The notes under the pieces were generated by a model, which was not told where the DNA came from, did no database searches, and saw only the letters and a program-made list of their open reading frames with translations. 20,000 nt of DNA from Thraustochytrium aureum. Its lineage: Eukaryota. Position numbers and translations under genes: made by a program. The stretch is from assembly GCA_012862495.1 (NCBI GenBank), contig BLSG01000113.1, positions 66,865 to 86,864 on the forward strand, in the 5' to 3' direction. Below, one piece after another: positions 8,632 through 17,540 of this stretch (positions are counted from its first letter, which is position 1; each line of letters begins with the position of its first letter).

Positions 8632-10227
8632 CTAGGCCTGCTCATCCGGGAAAACAAACTTTTGCGCCTCGCCGCGGTTGCGGTAGACAAACTTGCTCTG
8701 GACCTTGCCGCGGCGCCCGGCGTAGTTGCCGGTCGCGCACCAACCAGAGGTCTTGCCGTCCTTCTCGATGCTGCTAAAGGTCGTGGTGAGCGGCTCGAGG
8801 TCCGAGTAGGTCGACGCACCTGAGCTGTAAGCGTTCTCCACGACTTCCTTCCTGCGCACGCAGACGTTAAAGTACGGAACCTTGGAGCGAGTGCGGTGGC
8901 ACTTGAGCGTGAGCTGCACGCCGCCCATTTCAACGACCCCATCGATCTCCTGCAGCGTGCCAGCGCAAGACGAGACGCTGCTGACCTTGCTCGGCGCGTT
9001 CACGAGGTTGCCGTTCACTTTGACAAAGCGGCCGAGCGAGTAGCCCTGTGAGCCAACATCGTAGCTGGCATCGCCTTCACTGGGGACTGTGATGCGCTTC
9101 CGCGTGGCAGGGTTAAAGTCGGACTCTTCGACGCAATAGTCCTTGGCCATGTACTCCTCGATGTCGTAGTCTGTCGGGGAGACAGATGCAGTGTCGGCGG
9201 CAGCACATGCAGTTCCGGTGTTGTCCTTCTTTTGCCACACACGGACGCCTGCGATGAGCTCGCACGTGTCGAGGAGCATCTCGACGGCGAACTCGTTCAT
9301 GAACGAGTACAGAACGGTCTCGTCGCGCGAAGGCTTCTTGGGGACCGTAAAGTCCGCATTCTTGCCGTGGTACGAGTCGTACGGGTAAATGTGGGGGTCC
9401 CCGTACGCGGCGCACTCGGCCCTGCACGCCTTCTTGCCGTCGAGGGGCCTGTCCACCTCGCGGTTGCAGTTGTACTTGGGCTCGCCGCCCGAACCGACTT
9501 CCTCCGAGTTGGGAACACCAAATTTGTTGGGGTCGGTGCAGACGCCATAGTCGCTCTTGAACACGGGGGTGCTATCTTTCCACCAGGTGTCCGTGCTGGC
9601 GCTCGGGAGGGTCGGGGAGCAGTCATCGCGAACGTCGATGGTAACGCTAAGGTGCATCGTCGAGTGCTTGAAGCGGCAGTACGCGTTCCATTCAACCTCC
9701 GCATCAGTGTCGCCGCTGCGCTTGGTTCCGTCGGCATACAGCGGGATGACGTCGCCGCGCGAGGGCAGCGACCTGCGCGAAGACCCGCAGTCCTTCTCAG
9801 CGTCCATGGCCAGCTTGCCGTTGACAAAGAGGCGCATCAGCCAGACGCGGCCGTTTTTGGGGATGACGGCTGCTTCGATCTTGACGTTCTGGTCGTCGAG
9901 AGCCCACATAGTGTAGTTTCCCTCCTGGCTCATGGTGGACGCAGGGCATTTGCTGAAGAATGGCGCGCAGTGCGGATCGCCCCAGCAGTTGCACCTCGAA
10001 CGGCACTGGCACCGCTCAGACTGCTTGGTCGAGGCATCCTCGCACTCGCGGTCCTCCGTAAGCCTCGACTCCTCGAGTTTGCACGACCCTGTGTTGACGA
10101 TCGGCGCTTCGAGTGCGGTGTTCATGCGGGTGGCGATCATGGCACGCAGGCCCGAGCTGCTCGCCTCGACGGTCTGCGCGGCGGCGGCAACGACAGCCGC
10201 CAGCGTGAGCGCGCGCATGGCAACCAT
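8632..10227 (-). CDS. Secreted Cys-rich protein with two VWD-like GDPH repeats, paralog 2 (complete, 531 aa)
   Basis: Signal peptide MVAMRALTLAAVVAAAAQTVEA; 22 Cys. Repeat 1 is CNCWGDPHC...DYGVC and repeat 2 is CAAYGDPHIY...TSGWC, resembling the VWD start (C-x-x-x-GDPH) and end (T-x-GLC). No TM or GPI tail seen. Strong GC3 bias. Confidence 0.9.
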   Translation of the reverse strand: MVAMRALTLAAVVAAAAQTVEASSSGLRAMIATRMNTALEAPIVNTGSCKLEESRLTEDRECEDASTKQSERCQCRSRCNCWGDPHCAPFFSKCPASTMSQEGNYTMWALDDQNVKIEAAVIPKNGRVWLMRLFVNGKLAMDAEKDCGSSRRSLPSRGDVIPLYADGTKRSGDTDAEVEWNAYCRFKHSTMHLSVTIDVRDDCSPTLPSASTDTWWKDSTPVFKSDYGVCTDPNKFGVPNSEEVGSGGEPKYNCNREVDRPLDGKKACRAECAAYGDPHIYPYDSYHGKNADFTVPKKPSRDETVLYSFMNEFAVEMLLDTCELIAGVRVWQKKDNTGTACAAADTASVSPTDYDIEEYMAKDYCVEESDFNPATRKRITVPSEGDASYDVGSQGYSLGRFVKVNGNLVNAPSKVSSVSSCAGTLQEIDGVVEMGGVQLTLKCHRTRSKVPYFNVCVRRKEVVENAYSSGASTYSDLEPLTTTFSSIEKDGKTSGWCATGNYAGRRGKVQSKFVYRNRGEAQKFVFPDEQA

Positions 10228-10268
10228 CTTGTCGTACTTGCTGGTCTACGTTCTTTCTTTCCTTGCTG

Positions 10269-10288
10269 TTGCGTTCGGGGTTTGCCGC
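10269..10288 (-). promoter_or_regulatory. conserved upstream motif GCGGCAAACCCCGAACGCAA (paralog 2)
   Basis: 19/20 identical to 15581-15600 upstream of paralog 3; 41 nt before the ATG. Confidence 0.6.
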
Positions 10289-12368
10289 TCATCGTCAAGT
10301 GGCAGGCAGTTGCTCGGGCCCAGGACGCCTTCCTTGGCCTTGGCCTTGGCGTCGATTCAGTGAGAGAGGGGCATGGTGCTCGCACCCAACCATTGCGAAA
10401 CGGGACGTGAACGCAGAAAGGAGGCGCAGCCCAAGCCGAACCGCCGGCGGTCGTTAAAAAAACGTCCAGGCGACTGTGATAGGTTGATTTTCTTCTTTTT
10501 CAATCGAACTCGCGCTGGCACTCTCTCTGCATGCCCAGCTCGAGAGTACTCGTTCGTACGCGTTTCCCTCGAACCTCTGAATCTAATCTGAACTGCTGAC
10601 GGCCGGTCCTGTTCTGCGGTTGTGAATTCGGGCCAAACTTTTGTTGATGTTGTGCAGACGTTGTGCAAACGCTCAACGGAAACGTGTTCACTCAGAGCTG
10701 GCCAATCTGAATTCCTTCCGAATTCTGCTGTGCTGACTCGCCATCAGAATTCATGCCAGTTGAGAGCCACTTCTCTTCGCCTTGCTGCCGGTAGCCGCAA
10801 CCGTCCCACCGCCAATTTGCGTCAACGGCGTGGTCAAATTGACACCCCCTGCTCCCCACTGCCACGGGAACTGCGAATCCGTCTCACTTTTCAGTCCCGA
10901 GCACGGCGCTGCACCGAACGCCCACTACCCAGTCAGCAGGCGCGGGGAGTTTCATCTGCTGAACAAGGCCCCGACGCGGCCTGGAGGAGGAAGCCAGCCT
11001 ATCCCAGGGCCTCCTCAACCCCGGAGAGAGCAGCGACTTTACACATGCCTCAAGCTCTAGCTCTAGCTAGAGAGGCCGTTGAGATTGCAAAGGAATGAAT
11101 CGCGCCTCCCATGCGAACGCGCTGAAGCATCTGCAGCGGCGACCAGCCGCCCTTCGGTACATTTGCGAGACGCGGCGCCAACCAAGGTGAGTGAGCTTGA
11201 GAGCTTGAGAGCTAATGCGCACGAGGCTCAAGCACAACATGGTAGAGCAAGCAAGAGTACCCGGCAGCGTACTGAGCAAGGCCTCGCTAGGGCAGGGACC
11301 TCCGCACAGCGCTGACATTGTCTTGAGATTGGGTTCGCTTGTAGCAGCGACGTTGACTCAGATCCGCCGTTACTAAACAGCGTCATACGGCTCACTGTGC
11401 TCCGAGCCGACCGCCACCACCAAGCCGTCGAGTTTTCGGCGTGCGCGGCAAAGTGCACGGTCGTGCGGGACATTGTTCAGGCGCGTGCGTCGAGCGCCGA
11501 CTAGTCCGGAAGCTCGTTGGGACAGTTGCAACTGCGGAGACAAGCGCGACGCAACGACGTCGGTCAGCCGTTCGAGGCCAAACTGCGCGCAGCCTCGTGG
11601 CGTCCGAGGCGGTTCAATCAGCAACCCGCCCCGTCGAATGCTCGCTCGCTCGTGGATAACTCGTCGATGCTCGAAGATGGCCGGCCGACTGTCGGTACCA
11701 ACCAATCACAGAAGATCACTTGCTGCGCCCGAAACCCATCAAAAACATCCATCGGAGTTTCATCACAAAGTGAACACATGGGCGAGTCGCGTCCAAGCGC
11801 AAGGCGGCAAGGCGAACGCCACAGCTCGGTCATGTGCCCCACACGATCACCCAGTCATTTTTTGAAAATGAATGCTCCTGAGGCAGCCTGCGACGGGACA
11901 TCTCTGTGCATGACCAAAACCGCGTGCTGATGAGCCGCAACGCACGAACCGGAATCACATTCAGATTCAGAACAGAAGCGTGGAATTGGCAAGGAGCCTG
12001 ACAACTGGTGGCCGACACAAAGGTGTTGGCGTTCGCCCACGGACACGGATCGAATCATCGCACCAAGCAACCTCCTGACGAAGAAAATTGAAGCAAGCTG
12101 GACGAAGGCCTGCGAGCCCCAGCCGCCAGTGGCCTCGATCACAAAGCCGTAAGTAAGCTCTTGCCGGAGAGCAACACGTCAGCGGCCCGGAGGACAGCCC
12201 AAAATACCCCAAATGCGAACAGTGAACGGCTTCTTTGAAGAGCATTCATTAATTCATTCTGACATGAGAAGCGCACGGTAACCCGACCCCAGAAAATAGA
12301 CGAGTACAATAGCCCTCGGTCTATCTTCACACACTCTGTACCTCCTGCACCTCACTTGCACTTGTAGT

Positions 12369-12447
12369 NNNNNNNNNNNNNNNNNNNNNNNNNNNNNNNN
12401 NNNNNNNNNNNNNNNNNNNNNNNNNNNNNNNNNNNNNNNNNNNNNNN
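12369..12447. other. assembly gap (N run)
   Basis: 79 N. Confidence 1.
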
Positions 12448-12806
12448 CCCCTCACAATATATTTGGCTTCAGCAGGGCATAATTTGTCCTTACCGAGAAG
12501 GAGATTTAAAAAAGTTTTTTTAAATTAATTAAAATAAAAATACAAAAGTACTTCCGCTGACAAATGAGGGAAATCAGATGAGAGAGACATGTTTGGTAGG
12601 CTTACATCTAGGGTGCCCCGCTCTCTGACTTCACCTAGGAGTAAAGAATGAAAAGTATCTTTTGTTCTTTGTTTGGGGGCAATAAATTTGCTTTCCGCCG
12701 CCCTACGGGAAACTTGGTATGGTACGAGTACTCGTAGAGAAAGTACTGTCAGTGTTGCAGTTTTGAGCCTGAGCAACATGAGCCAACGGAAGGTGTCCAC
12801 AGAGTG
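12448..12806. other. AT-rich island with palindromes (possible non-autonomous element or regulatory region)
   Basis: Visibly AT-rich compared with the surroundings. Hairpin ATTTAAAAAA-gt-TTTTTTAAAT at 12504-12525; perfect 14-bp palindrome TACGAGTACTCGTA at 12723-12736. Confidence 0.45.
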
Positions 12807-13231
12807 ATGAAGCGACTGGGTGTCATGGAGAGTCGGCCAGTCAGCCAGCCAGTCAGTGGGCTCGTGACAACGGCAAACGACAGACGGCTCGCATCATGGC
12901 GCCGAGCTGTTTGCGTTTCAGCGGTTGTTGTGCAACTCCTCGGTGCAACTGTGCAACTGCCAGCAACATGCCAAGATGAACATCATGGACAGCCTGCCTG
13001 CGATGAGTGAGCGAACGAGGGAGGGAGGGCGGGTTTCATCCTGCATGCAGTGAACTGCATGCCATCGCGTGGCTCGCAGCCTGCGGGTGACGTTGGCCGA
13101 AATGTACAAGACTCGGGTGCCAACATCAAGTCGGCAAGTCGGATTGGCACGCGTTGTGAGCGTCAGGTAATTGCTCGAGGTTGGCTCATTTGGCGCATAA
13201 TCTCTTCGCCTCGCAGCCGCGTTGTGCCAAC

Positions 13232-13244
13232 GAGCGGCAGACCC
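13232..13244 (+). promoter_or_regulatory. GAGCGGCAGACCC motif upstream of the Hcp-like gene
   Basis: GCGGCAGACCC (13234-13244) is identical to the first 11 nt of the paralog 3 upstream motif, in the same orientation, 100 nt before the ATG. Confidence 0.45.
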
Positions 13245-13344
13245 GCAACTTGAGCTACTACCCGGCTGCGCACATCGAAAGCCAGGACAGAGTCGGCTGT
13301 TGTCAGGCAAGGCAGGGCGTGTATTGCGGCGAGACCGGACAAGG

Positions 13345-13935
13345 ATGCGGGTTCGCAGTGCGATCAGCGCTTTGATTGGAGGCTTTCTTGCGGCCAGCGC
13401 GGAGGGCTTCGCGGAGGTCCCTATCCTGAGCATCTTTCTGACCACTTCGCCAGGATCTACGCCAGGACCAGCGCTGGAGGGCAACTCGCGACACCCGCAC
13501 TTCACGAAAGCGGTCGAGCTGCTCTCCTTCGATCTGGACGTAACAACGAAGGCGGCTTATGGCTCCGGCCGGCTAACCACGGGCAAGACCGCTTTCAAGG
13601 ACTTTTGCTTCTCGCATTACGCCAACTCGCCGGCTGCTGGAAAGTTTTTCCAGCTAACTCTGTCGAGTGTGCCGATGAGGGATTTGACCATCTCATACGT
13701 AGCCACGGGGTCCAACAGCGGCACCGTGCAATGGAAGGTTGAGTTCACGGACGTCATCTTCACCAAGAGCGAGATCATCAGCTCGTTCAATGGGGACTTC
13801 AAGCAAGACGTGTGCTTCACTGCAAGGCTCGTCAACTACTACGTCCCTGGCTCCAGCTTCAACGCCCAAACAGACTACCCGGCTGTCTCGTCCGTCGCTG
13901 TTGGGTACGACCTTATGCGCGCTTTAATGCTGTAG
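13345..13935 (+). CDS. Hcp/TssD-like (type VI secretion tube / phage tail-tube fold) protein with N-terminal signal peptide (196 aa)
   Basis: Colinear by eye with the Hcp1 consensus across its length: IFL...LEGNSRHPHFTKAVELLSFDLDV (~I-x-GES-x-D-x-x-H-x-x-x-IEVLSFSWGV), GSGRLTTGKTAFKDFCFSHY (~GGG-x-GK-x-x-F-x-DL-x-FTKY), KFFQ (~PKLFQ), KVEFTDVIF (~I-x-L-x-DVII), QDVCF (~E-x-VSL), VAVGYDL (~V-x-x-GWDL). Preceded by the hydrophobic leader MRVRSAISALIGGFLAASAEG. Confidence 0.78.
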   Translation: MRVRSAISALIGGFLAASAEGFAEVPILSIFLTTSPGSTPGPALEGNSRHPHFTKAVELLSFDLDVTTKAAYGSGRLTTGKTAFKDFCFSHYANSPAAGKFFQLTLSSVPMRDLTISYVATGSNSGTVQWKVEFTDVIFTKSEIISSFNGDFKQDVCFTARLVNYYVPGSSFNAQTDYPAVSSVAVGYDLMRALML

Positions 13936-15580
13936 AGGTTGGGTTGGCGGAGCTCGTCAAGCTTCATGATTGCTGAGAAACGGCCCAAACAGATTTTCCA
14001 CAGATTTTCCTCATTGCGAAAGTTGAGTGCGAGAGCTCGCAAACGACCTGCGCCATCATCGGCGCGTGCCTTGCGAAATCGGGCGCGAGTTGGCTTGTCT
14101 CGTGGGGTGGGTTGGTCTGAGAACCAGCGTCAGGGCCATCTGCCTGCTCGTCGAGCCCGCGGTTTCCCGCTATTGCACGTAAGCGTGCAAGGCGCCCAAA
14201 AGCCCAGGCGACAGGGCTTGACCGCAGCCTGAGACAGGGGGTCAGAAGCCGCGTGCTGAAGAACCGCCTGGCCAGTCCTCTTGGAGCCGTCTGGATGGCC
14301 AAGAGCCTGACAACAAGCGGCCTTCCGATGTTGACGCGAAAGTTCCGTGGCAGACTTGTGGACGATCGATCGCCCACGGATCGGATATGCTCCACCAAGC
14401 CACCCTTTGATAGACAAAGATAGCCAGGCTGCGATCCCAAGCCACCAAGCTTGTCTCCGCCACGTGGTTTGGATGCTTCCCTCAAGGCGAGACGGGCACA
14501 ACTGGAAGAAACGGCGCTGCCCAACCCAAGAAGGTTAGGCAGCACCACAGGGTCGAGGACCCAGCTCAAGATTCAGCGCCATCGTGCGGGCAACTCAAAA
14601 GCAGACGTCCGCCCAAACTCTGTGGCCTCCGCTTTGGCAAGCGGCACTGTCGGGTCGACGGCTCCGCCGTTCCTGCGTTAGCTGCTCCGGGTGCGGACCC
14701 TGCTGTCACCAACCCTGTTCGCGCGAGTTCGGCGGGTCGCGCTGCGGCGCTTCACAAAGCTGCAACGAGGAGCAAGCATGGGGCTATCTATCGTGACGTG
14801 TCGTCAAAGCCTTCCTGCATTTCGCGATTCAAGCCGCTGGCGGTTTGGGCTCGCTCGCCAGCGGCTCGCGCCTTCGCAAGCTCTGCGAAAAACGTGCCCC
14901 AAGTTGCCTGGGCCAACTAGCTAGTGGAGGTACTGATCCGCAGGTGGTCTCCAGCGACTTGCTCGAGTCCGAGTAGAGTCCTACAACTGCAACTGGTGTA
15001 TGCCTCAACAGAACACCATTTCGCTCAACTCCCGGAGGTCGCGGCGCCGTACCGGTAACCAGCAGCAAGAAAGCAGCGCGCTCCATTCCACTTGTCGCTG
15101 TCGTGTCGCTGTTCTGCCATAGATGATCGATCAGCTGATGGGTCGGCCATCGAGACGCTCGAGCTCCGAAGCGCCACCAGCTGAACTGCCATCTGCCAAA
15201 CTGAGCCCAACGCCTTCCCGAACGATCGGAGCAGCGTACACGTCCGCCCCTCTCTGGCACCGACGCGCTTGGGGGCTTCGTGCGAGTATCTCCATGATAC
15301 CGGCAAGCGCATGAAGCGCAATGACGTGCTCCATCGGCGCGCATATCGTCCGGCCGCTGCGGCGGATCCACTGCGGAGGTGCGGTGGAGTTTCGTGGGGC
15401 GTTTCACGGTCGGCGGGCGCTCTCTTCGATAGTCAGCAGGGGGTAGGCCCCTTGTCTGGCTGGGACAGCGCAAGCCAAAGTCAGCGACGAAGAGAAGCGC
15501 AGGCGAGTTAGTGGTGGCTGGCGCTTGGTCTCTTCATGCTGTAGGTGGCTGCTGGAGCGCGAGGCAGTCCTGGCGATCAG

Positions 15581-15600
15581 GCGGCAGACCCCGAACGCAA
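15581..15600 (+). promoter_or_regulatory. conserved upstream motif GCGGCAGACCCCGAACGCAA (paralog 3)
   Basis: 19/20 identical to the reverse complement of 10269-10288; 55 nt before the ATG. Confidence 0.6.
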
Positions 15601-15655
15601 GACTGCATTCGGCAGGAAGACCGGGCACCTGACGAGGAGCAAATTTTCTGACAAG

Positions 15656-17291
15656 ATGGTTCGCTTGGCGGCGCTTGCCACTGTCGTGGTGGTTGCTGCG
15701 GCCGTGCAACATGGTAACGCAGAGGCTGGAAGTCTGCGGAGTATGCTGAACGAACGCCTGCAGGGCAAGCTCGAGGTGATCGCGAACAAGGGGAGGTGCA
15801 AGCCTGAAGAGTCGCGGGCGACTGAGGACCGCGAGTGCGAGGACCCGCTCAACAAGGCCGACGAGGCGTGCCAGTGCCGCGTGCGCTGCAACTGCTGGGG
15901 CGACCCGCACTGCTCGCCCTTCTTCACGGAGTGTCCTGCCTCGACGATGCACACNNNNNNNNNNNNNNNNNNNNNNNNNNNNNNNNNNNNNNNNNNNNNN
16001 NNNNNNNNNNNNNNNNNNNNNNNNNNNNNNNNNNNNNNNNNNNNNNNNNNNNNNNNNNNNNNNNNNNNNNNNNNNNNNNNNNNNNNNNNNNNNNNNNNNN
16101 NNNNNNNNNNNNNNNNNNNNNNNNNNNNNNNNNNNNNNNNNNNNNNNNNNNNNNNNNNNNNNNNNNNNNNNNNNNNNNNNNNNNNNNNNNNNNNNNNNNN
16201 NNNNNNNNNNNNNNNNNNNNNNNNNNNNNNNNNNNNNNNNNNNNNNNNNNNNNNNNNNNNNNNNNNNNNNNNNNNNNNNNNNNNNNNNNNNNNNNNNNNN
16301 NNTTGACGTGCGCGACACGGTGTGCGCTGTCCCCAACTACAACGCCGAGACGTTCTGGCAGGACTCCACCTTGTTCTTCAAGGACGACTATGGTGTCTGC
16401 ACCAACCCGGGCGGCTACGGGTTCGTCCCCCCCGTCCCGGAAGACAAGGTCATCTACAACTGCAACCGGCCCATGGACCAGCCGATCAACGGCAAGAAGG
16501 CGTGCCGTGCCGAGTGCGCTGCTTACGGCGACCCGCACATCTACGATTTTGAGTCCAAGATGGGCACCACCAAGAAGGACTTTACGATCCCGAAGAAGCC
16601 CGTTCGCAACGACCGCATCATGTACTCGTTCTTCAACGAGTTCGCGACCGAGCTGATCCTGGACTCGTGCGATTTTATTGCGGGCGTTCGCTTGTACCTC
16701 CGCAAGGCGAGCAGCAACCAGGTGTGCGGGCAGACCGCTGCAGAGACGGTTTCCCCCGCCGACTATGAGGTGCTCACCTACTTGGCCGCCGACAAGTGCA
16801 CCGAGGAGAAAGACTTTGACCCGAAGACGCGGGCCCGGTATGTGGTTCCCACCGACGGCGACCCGAACTTTGACCCGGTTGCGGAGGGCTTTCCGCTCGG
16901 CCGCTACGTGGACGTCGACGGCACGGTGATCAACGCGCCGCCCACGGTCAGCGGCGTGTCTTCGTGCTCTGGCGGGAGCAAAGTGAACGGGATCATGGAG
17001 ATGGGCGGCGTCCAGCTCACGCTCAAGTGCCACCGCACCGTCGACAAGGTCCCGTACTGGAACGTCTGCGTGCGCAGGAAGGAGGTCGTCAAGACCGAGT
17101 TTGACCCGAAAGCCAAGAGCTTCCGCGACCTCCAGCCACTTAATGATGACTTTGCCACGATTGAGAAGGACGGCAAGACCTTTGGCTGGTGCGCGACCGG
17201 CAACTTTATCAAGAAGAACGGCAAGCGCACCGAGGACTTTCAGTTCCGTCGCGTGGGCCAGTACCACGTGTTCCAGTTCTTCGATGCGTAA
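15656..17291 (+). CDS. Secreted Cys-rich GDPH/VWD-like protein, paralog 3 (spans gap 15955-16302)
   Basis: ATG in gacaagATGGTT, the same context as paralog 2. Signal peptide MVRLAALATVVVVAAAVQHGNAEA and CNCWGDPHC lie before the gap. After the gap: DVRDTVC...CAAYGDPHIYDF...TFGWCATGNF...FFDA*. Confidence 0.9.
15955..16302. other. assembly gap inside paralog 3
   Basis: 348 N; the equivalent region in paralog 2 is ~295 nt. Confidence 1.
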
Positions 17292-17540
17292 ACAAACCAT
17301 GTTCGGCGGCGGCGCGATTCTGGGCGTCAAGTGTTTGTTGGCAAGAAGGAGGAGCAGAGTCTGAGAAACATAACAATCACCCATTTTCTTGCACAATCCG
17401 AATGCCCTGGCTGCGAGTTGCTCGCCTGAGCTTGCTTTCAAGAAAAAAGTTCAGCGGGCCAGCCTGAGAAAATCGTTTGTGAACGTTTTCCTCGCGTGCG
17501 AGCGGAGCGGTGCGGGGATGGAAGAAAAGAATCAGTCACT

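Noticed and set aside
9751..9759. RGD tripeptide in paralog 2
   Set aside because: A three-residue match is expected by chance, and the equivalent region is hidden in gaps in the other paralogs.
10400..12330. Many short ORFs in the divergent intergenic region
   Set aside because: No motifs and weak codon bias; no transposase, RT or viral hallmark recognised.
13939..15511. ORFs between the Hcp-like gene and paralog 3 as further T6SS or phage parts
   Set aside because: No VgrG, PAAR or sheath signatures seen; they look non-coding or degenerate.
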